A stretch of 32,569 bases of DNA from Armatimonadota bacterium (lineage in GTDB: Bacteria > Sysuimicrobiota > Sysuimicrobiia > Sysuimicrobiales > Humicultoraceae): the NCBI GenBank assembly GCA_037446215.1, contig JBBIJB010000018.1, forward strand, positions 3,860-36,428. The letters are read 5' to 3'. Below, piece after piece: positions 1-8,981 of this stretch. Position 1 is the stretch's first letter. Each line of letters begins with the position of its first letter. Under the pieces are notes generated by a model, which was given only the letters and a program-made list of their open reading frames with translations, had not been told where the DNA came from and did no database searches. A program made the translations under genes and the position numbers.

Positions 1-1419
1 CAGGAACACCCACGGCGCCTCGGTGTAGAGCATGACCTGGATGCGGTGCCACGCCGCCTGCCGCTTCTTGGCGTCCACGATCGGGAGCGCCCTGTTGATC
101 TCAAGCGTGAGGTTTGGCGTGCCAAACCCGCTGTAGGTGCGCTCGGGCCGGAACAGTTCCGCGATCGTGCCCTGCGCCTCCAGCGCGGGTCCCCACCCAA
201 GGTAGAACATCTCGCCGGTCCTCCGGTTGATGATCTTGTCCAGGTGGGTGCCCCACTCGTTCACCACTACACGCACCCTGATTCCTATGCGCCCCAGGTA
301 GGCGGCGATCGCCTCGGAGGCCTCCTTGTCGAGCGGGTAGCGGCCCGACGGCGAGTCGAGGGTGAACTCGAGCTTGGTTGGGTCGTAGCCTGCCTCCTTG
401 ATCAACTGGACGGCGCGCTCCGGGTCGTAGGGATAGGGCTTAAGGTTGGGGTTGACGTTCTCGTTGATCGAGGAGAGCGCTCCCGGGGTGCGGGTGGCGC
501 GCCCCTTGAACAGGTTTGAGACTATCTCGTCCACATTGATGGCGTAGTTCATCGCCTGCCTGACCCTGCGGTCCTGCAGCGGCCCGGGCTTGAAGTTCAC
601 GAGGGCCAGGTAGTTTATCCGAGAGGAAGCAACGCCGCGCACCTCGGCCCGGCCGCTCCGGTTGACCTGCTCCACCGCCACCGGCGGGATGTCCTTGACT
701 ATGTCGGACTCGCCCGCCAGCAGCGATGCCAGCCTCGCGCTGAAGTCGGGGATGAACCTGAACTCCACCCGCTTTATGGCGGGCGGCTTGTTCCAGTAGT
801 TCGGATTCGCCTCCAGCACCAGGCGCTCGTCGCGGTCCCAGCGGACGAACCTGTACGGTCCTGCCCCGATCGGTTGCCGGGCGGCGACGTCGTTTCCGAC
901 CTGGCGGACGTAGTTCGGGTTCTGGACCGTGAAGTCGACAAGCCAGTAGCGCAGGATCGGCGCGGGTTCCTTCGTTCGGATCCGCACGGTCAGCGGGTCC
1001 GGTGTCTCCACGCTCTCGACGAAGGCGAAGCGCGGCCGGTAGTGGGACTCGTTCTTGGGATCCAGCAGCCACTCGATCGTCCACTTCACCGCCTCGGACG
1101 TGAACGCGTCTCCGTTGTGGAACTTGACTCCCGGCCTCAGCTTGATGATCCACGTGAGGTCGTCCGGCGTCTGCGGCAACTCGGCCGCCAGGGAGGGCTT
1201 GATTCGGGGCGGCATCCCATCCCAGAAGTAGAGCCGGTCGTAGATGTTCATCTGCTGGACGTTGGTCGTCCAGTCCACCGTCCGCATCGCCATCAGGTTG
1301 CGTGGCTCCGCCCCCAGGGCGACCACGAGCGGTCGCTCCTGCGCCGCGGTAGGTGCCGGGGCGCTTCCAGTAAGTGCCAGGAGCAGCGCGGCAACGAGTG
1401 CCGCGGAAATCCTCAGCAT
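1..1419 (-). CDS. ABC transporter substrate-binding protein, family 5 (dipeptide/oligopeptide/nickel type); 3' end runs off the window
   Basis: Not in the ORF track because there is no stop inside the window. Manual translation from ATG at 1419 (SD GGGGGA upstream): MLRISAALVAALLLALTGSAPAPTAAQERPLVVALGAEPRNL...KLRPGVKFHNGDAFTSEAVKWT...PIGAGPYRFVRW...RVRQAMNYAINVDEI...EAPWVFL. Signal peptide plus SBP_bac_5 motifs. Confidence 0.93.
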   Translation of the reverse strand, partial: MLRISAALVAALLLALTGSAPAPTAAQERPLVVALGAEPRNLMAMRTVDWTTNVQQMNIYDRLYFWDGMPPRIKPSLAAELPQTPDDLTWIIKLRPGVKFHNGDAFTSEAVKWTIEWLLDPKNESHYRPRFAFVESVETPDPLTVRIRTKEPAPILRYWLVDFTVQNPNYVRQVGNDVAARQPIGAGPYRFVRWDRDERLVLEANPNYWNKPPAIKRVEFRFIPDFSARLASLLAGESDIVKDIPPVAVEQVNRSGRAEVRGVASSRINYLALVNFKPGPLQDRRVRQAMNYAINVDEIVSNLFKGRATRTPGALSSINENVNPNLKPYPYDPERAVQLIKEAGYDPTKLEFTLDSPSGRYPLDKEASEAIAAYLGRIGIRVRVVVNEWGTHLDKIINRRTGEMFYLGWGPALEAQGTIAELFRPERTYSGFGTPNLTLEINRALPIVDAKKRQAAWHRIQVMLYTEAPWVFL

Positions 1420-1482
1420 GCCTATCCCCCCTGAGAGCGCTCGTGTTCCGCGCCGTTCCCGGCGCGGGCAATCCCCTGCGAG

Positions 1483-1502
1483 TGTTAAACTTCAGTTTAC
1501 CA
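1483..1502. promoter_or_regulatory. Palindromic pair of extended -10 elements (TGnTAAACT on each strand), or an operator
   Basis: TGTTAAACTTCAGTTTACCA reads TG-T-TAAACT on + (1483-1491) and TG-G-TAAACT on - (1502-1494). It is an AT-rich patch between divergent genes. Confidence 0.5.
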
Positions 1503-1519
1503 ACTTTCTCGCGCGCCGG

Positions 1520-1547
1520 CCAGGAGTCCTGCGGTGCGGAACAGAAC
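1520..1547 (+). promoter_or_regulatory. Putative sigmaH-like promoter (AGGA-N18-GAAC)
   Basis: CCAGGAGTCCTGCGGTGCGGAACAGAAC upstream of the M24 gene; the same motif recurs at other intergenic regions. Confidence 0.45.
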
Positions 1548-1595
1548 AGCAACTCTTCAGAAGCACGCCACGGCAGCGCCGACTGGAGGCAGTGG

Positions 1596-2786
1596 ATGAG
1601 GCTATTCATCAGCCCGGAGGAGCATCAAAGGCGGGTCGCGTCGGCACGCGAGGAGGCGGGCCGCAGGGGCCAGGAGGCGCTCGTGCTGTTCGGCCCCGCC
1701 CAGATCTTCTACCTGACCGGCTTCGCCTTCATAGCGACCGAACGCCCGGCGGCGCTGCTGGTGGCCGGCGACGCGACGGCGCTCTTCATCCCATGTCTCG
1801 AGGAGGAGCACGCCGCCGCCTTTGCCGTCGTGGACCGGATAGCGGCCTACCCGGAGTATCCCGGCGACAGGCACCCCATGACACAGCTGGCGGAGCTGGC
1901 GGAAGAGATGGGCCTTTCTGCGGCCCGGATCGGGGTCGACGGCGACGGCTATCCGGGCGTGATGGGCTATCGCGGGCCGCGGCTCAGCGAGGTGCTCCCG
2001 GACGCCCTGATCACCCCTATGCGGGATCTGGTCGAGGGGATGATGACGGTCAAGTCCCCCGAGGAGATAGCGCTGGTCCGGGAGAGCGTGCGCTGGGGCA
2101 ACCTGGCCCACAGGCTGCTGCAGGACTACACACGGGCCGGGGTGATCGAGAGCGAGGCGAGCCAGCGCGCCTCGCACGAGGCGACGATGGCCATGGTTCG
2201 CACGCTCGGCCCTGCCTACCGGCCCCTCTCCTGGACGTTTCCCGGCGCCCACGCCGGTTACCGGGGGCAAATCGGCAGGCAGTCCGCCATCCCTCATGCC
2301 ATGACCACCCATGCCCGCATCCGGCCCGGCGACGTGCTGGTGACCGGCGCCTCCGCCGCGGTGGGGGGCTACAGCAGCGAGCTGGAGCGGACGATGATCG
2401 TGGCCCCGGTCGGGGAGGACGAGCGCCGATTCTTCGGCTTGATGGTCGGCGCGCAGGAGACTGCCTTCGATGCGATCAGGCCCGGCCGCCCCTGCTCCGA
2501 GGTGGATCGCGCGGTGCGGGCCTATCTGGAGAGGTGCGGGCTCGCGCACTTCTGGCGCCACCACACCGGCCACGCGCTGGGGATCGGGATCCACGAGGCG
2601 CCGTTCCTGGACACGGGCGACGAGACCGTCATGCTGCCGGGGATGGTGTTCAGCATCGAGCCCGGGATCTACATCCCGGGACTCGCCGGGTTCCGGCACT
2701 CCGACACGGTGCTCGTGACGGACGACGGGGTCGAGATCCTGACCTACTACCCGCGCGACCTCGAGTCGCTGACCATAGACGGCTAG
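1596..2786 (+). CDS. M24 (pita-bread fold) Xaa-Pro peptidase/creatinase-like hydrolase with non-canonical metal ligands
   Basis: GGAGG at 1585-1589 then ATG 1596 (MRLFISPEEH). Creatinase_N-like N-terminus, VKSPEEI, HHTGHALGIGIHEAP, FSIEPGIY, GFRHSDTVLVT. Confidence 0.9.
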   Translation: MRLFISPEEHQRRVASAREEAGRRGQEALVLFGPAQIFYLTGFAFIATERPAALLVAGDATALFIPCLEEEHAAAFAVVDRIAAYPEYPGDRHPMTQLAELAEEMGLSAARIGVDGDGYPGVMGYRGPRLSEVLPDALITPMRDLVEGMMTVKSPEEIALVRESVRWGNLAHRLLQDYTRAGVIESEASQRASHEATMAMVRTLGPAYRPLSWTFPGAHAGYRGQIGRQSAIPHAMTTHARIRPGDVLVTGASAAVGGYSSELERTMIVAPVGEDERRFFGLMVGAQETAFDAIRPGRPCSEVDRAVRAYLERCGLAHFWRHHTGHALGIGIHEAPFLDTGDETVMLPGMVFSIEPGIYIPGLAGFRHSDTVLVTDDGVEILTYYPRDLESLTIDG

Positions 2787-2820
2787 GCGGCGGAGCGCCG
2801 CTCCCAAGGGAGGGAGATAG

Positions 2821-4314
2821 TTGTACCGGATCGCGGTAGGAGAGATCAGCCACGAGACCAACACCTTCTGTCCACCCACGACGCTCGAGATGTTCAAGGG
2901 GCGCATCTGGTGCAGCGGAGAGGAGCTGCTGGCGAAGTTCGGCGGCACCCGGGCCTCGCTTGGAGGGATGATAGAGACCGCTTCACGGCTTGGTGTGACG
3001 CTGATCCCCACCTTCGCGGCCAGCACCGAGCCCTGGGGTACGATCACCCGCGAGGCGTACGACGCGATGCTTGGGGAGCTGGCGGACGGGATCCGCGCCG
3101 CGATGCCGGTCGATGCGGTGTGCCTGGCGCTGCACGGCGCCGGCGTCGCCGAGCCGGCCGACGACCTCGAGGGAGCGGTTCTCGCCGCTGTGCGCGGCGT
3201 CGTCGGCCCCGACGCGCCGATCGCCGTGACCCTCGACCTCCACGGCAACGTGACCCCGGAGATGGCGAGCCTCGCCACCGGCCTGTTCACCGTGCACGAG
3301 TACCCGCATACCGACTCCTACGAGCGCGGCTGCGAGGCGATGGGGTTCCTGGTCGGAGTGCTCGATGGGCGGATCCGGCCCTCGATGGCCCTTGAGGTGC
3401 TGCCGCTGCTGATCACGCCGGCGCCGTCGGGGCTGGAGCCGGTGCGCGCGATCAACGAGATCTGCCATCGCTTCGAGCAGGAGCCCGGGGTGCTGGACTG
3501 CGCGCTGATGCACGGCTTTCCCTACAGCAATGTCCCGGAGGCGGCGTCCTCGGTAATAGTCATCACCGACGGCGACCCGACGCTGGCAAGGCGTGTCGCC
3601 AGGGAGGTGGCAGGCGAGGTATGGGCGCGCCGCGAGGGGTTCCGGAGGATCTACCCGATGCCGGCCGAGGCGGTGGCCGAGGCGCTTCGCGCCGCGGGGG
3701 ACGGGGGCCCGATCGTGATAAACGAGACCAGCGACAACCCAGGCGGGGGCGCACCCGGAGACGGCACCCACCTGCTCCGGGCGATGTTGGAGGCCGGGCT
3801 CACCGACAGCGCGTTCGGCACCGTCTACGACCCCGAGATCGCCGAGGCCGCCCACCGGGCAGGCGCCGGCGCCCGGATCAGTGTGGCCCTTGGGGGCAGG
3901 CACGATCGGATGCACGGCGACCCGCTGGAGATCGAGGTCTACGTGAAGAGCCTCGCCGACGGGCAGTTCCGACTCTCAGGGCCGATGGGTCGGGGGTGGC
4001 CGGTCGATCTCGGCAGGTCGGCCCGGCTGACAGCGGGAGGCGTTGAGATCGTGGTGGTCAGCCGGCGATCCCAGGTGCTCGACGTCGAGCCGTTCCTGCT
4101 GCACGGGATCGACGTCCACAGGTGCAGGATCGTCGGACTGAAGTCGAGCGCGCACTTCCGGGCGGCCTACGAGCCCCTGGCCGCCGGGATAGTCACCACA
4201 GACCCGCCGGGGCTGTGCTCGTCCAACCTTGCGCACTTCACGCTCGGTAGGGTGAGGCGGCCTATCTGGCCGCTAGACCCGGAGACGGCCTACGTGCCGG
4301 GGGCGTCCTCCTAG
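2821..4314 (+). CDS. M81 family metallopeptidase (MlrC-like, microcystin degradation protein family)
   Basis: TTG start after a GGAGGGAG SD. Motifs HETNTF, LHGA, TLDLHGN, YPHTD, SDNPGGG, KSSAHFRA. Confidence 0.92.
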   Translation: MYRIAVGEISHETNTFCPPTTLEMFKGRIWCSGEELLAKFGGTRASLGGMIETASRLGVTLIPTFAASTEPWGTITREAYDAMLGELADGIRAAMPVDAVCLALHGAGVAEPADDLEGAVLAAVRGVVGPDAPIAVTLDLHGNVTPEMASLATGLFTVHEYPHTDSYERGCEAMGFLVGVLDGRIRPSMALEVLPLLITPAPSGLEPVRAINEICHRFEQEPGVLDCALMHGFPYSNVPEAASSVIVITDGDPTLARRVAREVAGEVWARREGFRRIYPMPAEAVAEALRAAGDGGPIVINETSDNPGGGAPGDGTHLLRAMLEAGLTDSAFGTVYDPEIAEAAHRAGAGARISVALGGRHDRMHGDPLEIEVYVKSLADGQFRLSGPMGRGWPVDLGRSARLTAGGVEIVVVSRRSQVLDVEPFLLHGIDVHRCRIVGLKSSAHFRAAYEPLAAGIVTTDPPGLCSSNLAHFTLGRVRRPIWPLDPETAYVPGASS

Positions 4315-4345
4315 AGGGCGACGTGCCCGACGCCGCCCCGCAGGC

Positions 4346-5239
4346 CTATCCGTCCAGAGAGGCGTCCTTCTGGCGAGGGTCGAGGGCGTCGCGCAGTCCG
4401 TCGCCCAGAAGGTTGAAGGCCAGCACCGTCAGCGAGATCATCACGCCCGGCGCGATCGCGATCTGCGGGTAGATCAGGATGAAGGCCCGCCCGTCGGAGA
4501 GCATCCCTCCCCAAGAGGCGGTCGGAGGCTGCACACCCAGCCCCAGGAACGAGAGCGCCGACTCCAGGATGATGATGCCCCCGATGCCCAAGCTCGCCAG
4601 CACGATCACAGGCCCCATCACGTTGGGCAGGATGTGTCGGAAGATGATCCGGGCGTCGCCTGCGCCGGCGGCGCGCGCCGCGAGCGTGTACTCGCGCTCC
4701 CGCAGGCTGAGCACGTCGGCGCGCACGACACGCGCGTACTGAGCCCAACCGGTGAGCCCTATTATCACCACGACCGTTACCAGGCTTGGCCCCAGGACCG
4801 CCGAGAGCGTGATCAGCAGCACCAGGATGGGGAAGGCCATCAGCGTGTCCACGACCCGCGACAGCGCCGCATCCACCCTCCCGCCGAGATAGCCCGAGGT
4901 GGCGCCTACCGCCACCCCCACCACGACCGAGATCCCGGTCGCCAGCAGCCCCACGATGAGGGCGACGCGCGAGCCCCATATCGTTCGGCTCAGCATGTCG
5001 CGTCCTATGTGGTCGAATCCGAGCGGGTGTGACCACGAGGGCGGCGCGCCGCGCATCCCCCGGAAGATCTGGGTGTGCGAGTGGGGGGAGAGCAGGTCCG
5101 GGATCGTCGCCAGGACTATCAGCGCCAGGATGAAGAACATGCCGAACAACCCGGGGCGGTAGCGCTTGAACCGACGCCAGGCGCGCGAGAACTCCGACCT
5201 GCGGTAGGGCTCTGGGATCGCGGTCTCTCGTTGTGTCAT
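4346..5239 (-). CDS. Peptide/nickel ABC transporter permease, DppC/OppC type
   Basis: HPLGFDHIGRDMLSR, EAA-like EYTLAARAAGAGDARIIFRHILPN, ESALSFLGLG, FNLLGDGLRDALDPR. Confidence 0.96.
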   Translation of the reverse strand: MTQRETAIPEPYRRSEFSRAWRRFKRYRPGLFGMFFILALIVLATIPDLLSPHSHTQIFRGMRGAPPSWSHPLGFDHIGRDMLSRTIWGSRVALIVGLLATGISVVVGVAVGATSGYLGGRVDAALSRVVDTLMAFPILVLLITLSAVLGPSLVTVVVIIGLTGWAQYARVVRADVLSLREREYTLAARAAGAGDARIIFRHILPNVMGPVIVLASLGIGGIIILESALSFLGLGVQPPTASWGGMLSDGRAFILIYPQIAIAPGVMISLTVLAFNLLGDGLRDALDPRQKDASLDG

Positions 5240-5243
5240 CAGG

Positions 5244-6170
5244 TCAACCTATGCGGATTCGCGGATCGACGTATCCGTATACCAGATCGGTGATCAGGTT
5301 GCCCAGCACCACGAGCACACTGAGCAGCAGGACGATCGCCTGGACAACCTGATAGTCCACGCGGTTCACGGACTCGATGAACAACTGACCCAGCCCCGGC
5401 AGCGCGAACACGTTCTCGATGACGATCGTGCCGCTCAGGAGGAACGCGATTCGGTAGCCGATCACGGTGATGACCGGCAGCAGGGCGTTGCGCACAACAT
5501 GCCTGGAGACCACCACTCCCTCCGCGAGTCCCTTGGCGCGCGCCGTGCGAACGTAGTCCTCCCCTATGCCCTCGATCGTCGAGGCGCGCATCATCCGGGC
5601 CAGCAGCGCGGTCTGGTTCGCAACGATTACCGCCACGGGCAAGACGTAACCCTTCCACGACGGCAGGCCGAACGGCGGCAGCCAGCCCAACAGAAGCGAG
5701 AACAGGACTATCAGCATCAGGCCTATCCAGAAGTTGGGCAGGGCCAGGCCGAGCGTTGAGGAGACCATGACGGCGTAGTCGAAGCCGGAGTAGCGCCTGA
5801 CGGCCGCGGCGATCCCGAACGGAAGGGCAAGCGCTATCGAGATGAAGAACGCCAGCAGGTTGAGCTTCGCCGTGACCACGGCGGCCTCGCCGATCATCAC
5901 GCGAACCGGCACGCCCGTACGCACGACCGACTGCCCGAAGTCGCCCCGGGCCATGTTGCCGATCCACGCGAGGTACTGCTCGTGGATCGGCCGGTCGAAG
6001 CCCCACTTCTTGCGGATCAGGTCGAGCTGCTCCTGCGTGATCTGGGCTTCCCCCACCATGAGATCCACGGGATCCCCCGGGATCAGGTGCATCATGGAGA
6101 AGGTCCCGACGCTGACCAGCAGGATGACTATTGCGCCCTGCATCAGGCGCGAGGCCAGGTATCTCAGCAT
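5244..6170 (-). CDS. Peptide/nickel ABC transporter permease, DppB/OppB type
   Basis: IPGDPV, GDFGQS, EDYVRTARAKGL, HVVRNALLPVIT, DLVYGYVDPRIR. Confidence 0.96.
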   Translation of the reverse strand: MLRYLASRLMQGAIVILLVSVGTFSMMHLIPGDPVDLMVGEAQITQEQLDLIRKKWGFDRPIHEQYLAWIGNMARGDFGQSVVRTGVPVRVMIGEAAVVTAKLNLLAFFISIALALPFGIAAAVRRYSGFDYAVMVSSTLGLALPNFWIGLMLIVLFSLLLGWLPPFGLPSWKGYVLPVAVIVANQTALLARMMRASTIEGIGEDYVRTARAKGLAEGVVVSRHVVRNALLPVITVIGYRIAFLLSGTIVIENVFALPGLGQLFIESVNRVDYQVVQAIVLLLSVLVVLGNLITDLVYGYVDPRIRIG

Positions 6171-6198
6171 TTGATCCAGCCCGCGATCCAGAGGTAGG

Positions 6199-6236
6199 CC
6201 ACGGGGGGCCGGCGCCCATCGCCGGGCCCCCCGTGG
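6199..6236. terminator. GC-rich stem-loop between SBP and permease genes (mRNA stabiliser or partial terminator)
   Basis: CCACGGGGGGCCGGCG-CCCAT-CGCCGGGCCCCCCGTGG: 16-bp inverted repeat with a single-base bulge and no U tract. Confidence 0.65.
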
Positions 6237-6264
6237 GTCTGTCGAGCTTCGAGCACTGGCCTGT

Positions 6265-7911
6265 CTACTCGATCCACCACTTGTAGGCGTCGCGGATGAT
6301 CGTGGACCCCGACTGCGTCGAGGTGGGCAGCCCCTTGATCCTCTTGTTGATGATCACGAACCAGTCCCAGTACATGATGTAGAGGAACGGGACCTCTTCC
6401 GCGACGATCTTCTGGACCTCGCTGTAGATCCTCTTACGCTTCGCGGGATCAACCTCGCGTAGCCCGGCGGGCAGCAGCTCCTCTACCCGCTGGTTCTTGA
6501 AGCGCGAGAAGTTCCGCGCGGCACCCACGCGAAGCGTAGCCGACGGGTCGGGCTCTCCCCCGCCGCCGTTGTAGGTCCAGTTGAACAGCGAGGCGTCCAG
6601 CTCGCCCCTTGGAAGCTGCGATAGGATCGTGGCGACCGGCCGCTCCACGATGCGCATGTCGATTCCCACGGCCGCCAGCTCCTGCTGGGCAATCTCGGCC
6701 TGCGGGCGTCGCGCCCGGTCCCCGGTAATCACCGCGCATGTGAACGTGCAGCGCTGCCCGTCCTTCACGCGGACTCCGCCCGGCCCCATCCGCCAGCCGG
6801 CCTCCTCCATCAGCGCCCTGGCGCGATCTACGCTGTAGGGGTACTGCTTGACGCCCTTCTCGTACCAGTACTGCAGCGCGGGCGGGAAGATGGAGTGCGC
6901 GACGGACGCGGTGCCCCGGAAGACGTCGTCGATCTGGCGCTGGCGGTCGATCGCGTGCAGCATCGCCTGGCGCACGCGCTTGTCCGAGAGGATCGGGTGC
7001 TCGTTGTTGAGGGGGAAGTGGTTGACCGCCAAACTCGAGGTGCGGAAGGTGGTGTACCCCGGATCGGCCTCGAAGCGCAGGTTGTCCTCCGAGAGCAGCG
7101 GCCACAAGGACGAGTCGGCCGTACCGGTTCGCAGGGCAATAGCGCGCACCGACGGGTCAGGCACGACATCCTGCCGGACGAAGTCCACGTTGGGGCGTCC
7201 GCGGAAGTGCTGGTCGAACGCCTCGACGACGGTGAACTCCGCCGGCCTCCACTCCCGCAGACGGAAGGCGCCGGTGCCTACCGGGGCGGCCTTGTAGGCC
7301 TTTTCCCCTATCCGACCGTGGTAGCGGGCCGGCACGATGAAGGTCGTGGCGCCAAGCCGCAGGAAGGCGGCGTTGGGCTCCTTCATCTTGACCACTACGG
7401 TGTACTTGTCCGGGGTCTCCACCTTGTCCACGGCCTTGAACTGGACACCCATGACCGTCGCGTTGTCCGGGTTCATGTGGAACTCGAAGGTGTACTTGAC
7501 GTCGTCGGCGGTGAACTCGGTCCCGTCTTGGAACTTGACGCCCTTGCGCAGGTTGAAGGTGTAGGACGATCCGTCCTTGGCCGCCTGGACGTTCGACGCC
7601 AGGACCCGCTCGACGACGTAGTTGTCGTTAACCTCCACGAGCGCGTTGTGTATCTGCGTGATGATGTTCCACTGCATCGTGGGGCCGATGTCGTCGGGGC
7701 TCAGGCTGGCCACCTCCTGGTGGCTCAGGATCCGTATCGTGCCGCCCCGCTTCGGGCTGGGCCCGGCCGTCACCACGGTGGGCTCCTTGAGCAGCACGGC
7801 CTGGGCAGCTGCCGCGGTGATGCCCACCGCGGCAGCCTTCTTCAGAAACTCGCGCCGCGTCGTGGAATCGAGGTCGCGCAGTGCCTCTTCCAACTTGACT
7901 CCGTTCCTCAT
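6265..7911 (-). CDS. Family-5 ABC substrate-binding protein with twin-arginine (Tat) signal
   Basis: ATG 7911 with GGGGAG SD. TRREFLK Tat motif, LRKGVKFQDGTEFTADDVKYT, PVGTGAFRL, DKRVRQAMLHAIDR. Confidence 0.94.
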   Translation of the reverse strand: MRNGVKLEEALRDLDSTTRREFLKKAAAVGITAAAAQAVLLKEPTVVTAGPSPKRGGTIRILSHQEVASLSPDDIGPTMQWNIITQIHNALVEVNDNYVVERVLASNVQAAKDGSSYTFNLRKGVKFQDGTEFTADDVKYTFEFHMNPDNATVMGVQFKAVDKVETPDKYTVVVKMKEPNAAFLRLGATTFIVPARYHGRIGEKAYKAAPVGTGAFRLREWRPAEFTVVEAFDQHFRGRPNVDFVRQDVVPDPSVRAIALRTGTADSSLWPLLSEDNLRFEADPGYTTFRTSSLAVNHFPLNNEHPILSDKRVRQAMLHAIDRQRQIDDVFRGTASVAHSIFPPALQYWYEKGVKQYPYSVDRARALMEEAGWRMGPGGVRVKDGQRCTFTCAVITGDRARRPQAEIAQQELAAVGIDMRIVERPVATILSQLPRGELDASLFNWTYNGGGGEPDPSATLRVGAARNFSRFKNQRVEELLPAGLREVDPAKRKRIYSEVQKIVAEEVPFLYIMYWDWFVIINKRIKGLPTSTQSGSTIIRDAYKWWIE

Positions 7912-7960
7912 CTCGTTGGCCTCCCCTGGCACCGGTCTCTCTTGCCCTTAAATGCATGAT

Positions 7961-7987
7961 GTTCGGCGCCCGGTCTAGACCTCCTGC
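7961..7987 (-). promoter_or_regulatory. Putative sigmaH-like promoter (GCAGGA-N17-GAAC) for the SBP-permease operon
   Basis: The minus strand reads GCAGGAGGTCTAGACCGGGCGCCGAAC. Confidence 0.55.
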
Positions 7988-8003
7988 GCGCGCCTCTCGC
8001 TCC

Positions 8004-8033
8004 TTGAGAGATTGCTTCGGCGCGTGATATGCT
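8004..8033 (+). promoter_or_regulatory. Putative sigma70 promoter for the tyrA-trpS operon
   Basis: TTGAGA (8004-8009), 18-nt spacer, extended -10 TG-A-TATGCT (8025-8033). Confidence 0.5.
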
Positions 8034-8114
8034 CGGGCCATTCAAGAGGGCCGAGGACCGGGAGCAGTCCCCGCAAGCGGCGGGGAGGTCTCTTCCGGCG
8101 GCCGGCGTGGCGCG

Positions 8115-8981
8115 GTGGATACGGAGGATAGAGCAGCTCCAGAGACGGCAGGCTTTCCCAGGGCCGCGGCGGTCGTCGGGCTGGGGATGGTGGGTGGCTC
8201 CCTGGCGCTCGCGCTCCGCGCCGCCGGCTCGAGGGTGGTGGGCGTGGACACCGATGGTGCCGCCGCGGACGCCGCCGTTCGAAGGGGCGCGATAGACGAC
8301 GGGGGCACAGATCTGGGCGCAGTCGCGGGCGCCGACCTCGTGGTGATAGCCACGCCGCTGTCTCGGATCGTCGAGGCCGCAACGGCCGCGGCGCGGTTGA
8401 TGCGGCGGGGGGCCGTGCTGACCGACGTCGGCAGCGTGAAGGCCCCGATCGTCGAGGCGCTTCAGGGGGCGCTGCCCGGAGGAGTCCGCTACGTCGGCGG
8501 CCATCCGATGGCTGGCAGCGAGGGCCGGGGAATCGAGGCGGCCGACGCAGGACTGCTCACCGGGCGGCCGTTCGTGCTGACCCCCACGAGGCAGACCAGT
8601 CGAACCGCTGTGACCCTCGTCGAGGCCTGTGTCCGCCGGATTGGGATGCGGCCGATGCTCCTCGATCCGCGCTCCCACGACGAGTTCGTGGCGCAGGTCA
8701 GCCATCTGCCCTACCTGGTGAGCGTCGCCCTGCTGCGAGCGGCGTCTGGGGAGGCGCTGGCGGTGAGCGGACCGGCGATGTCCGGGATGACGCGCATCGC
8801 GCACAGCCCCCCGGCGATGTGGGTCGAGATCTGCGCCGCCAACCGCGAAGCGATCCTCGCGGCCCTGGAGAGGTTCGAGGGCGAGCTGGCCCGGCTGGGG
8901 CGGGGGATCCGGGAGGGCGACCCCGAAAGGGTTATTCCGGATGGAAGCCCGGCAGCATCGGGACAGGGAGGAGCAACATGA
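8115..8981 (+). CDS. tyrA: Prephenate/arogenate dehydrogenase (no C-terminal ACT domain)
   Basis: Rossmann motif VVGLGMVGGS, TDVGSVK, GGHPMAGSE, HDEFVAQVSHLP, TRIA...MW. Start codon uncertain because the SD is weak. Confidence 0.92.
   Translation: MDTEDRAAPETAGFPRAAAVVGLGMVGGSLALALRAAGSRVVGVDTDGAAADAAVRRGAIDDGGTDLGAVAGADLVVIATPLSRIVEAATAAARLMRRGAVLTDVGSVKAPIVEALQGALPGGVRYVGGHPMAGSEGRGIEAADAGLLTGRPFVLTPTRQTSRTAVTLVEACVRRIGMRPMLLDPRSHDEFVAQVSHLPYLVSVALLRAASGEALAVSGPAMSGMTRIAHSPPAMWVEICAANREAILAALERFEGELARLGRGIREGDPERVIPDGSPAASGQGGAT

Noticed and set aside
8029..8295. Trp-rich ORF (GWGWW...GWWAW) upstream of trpS as a possible attenuator peptide
   Set aside because: The TGG codons arise from the shifted frame of tyrA Val/Leu/Met-Gly/Val codons. 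Its ATG lies inside the predicted -10 box, and no attenuator terminator is present.
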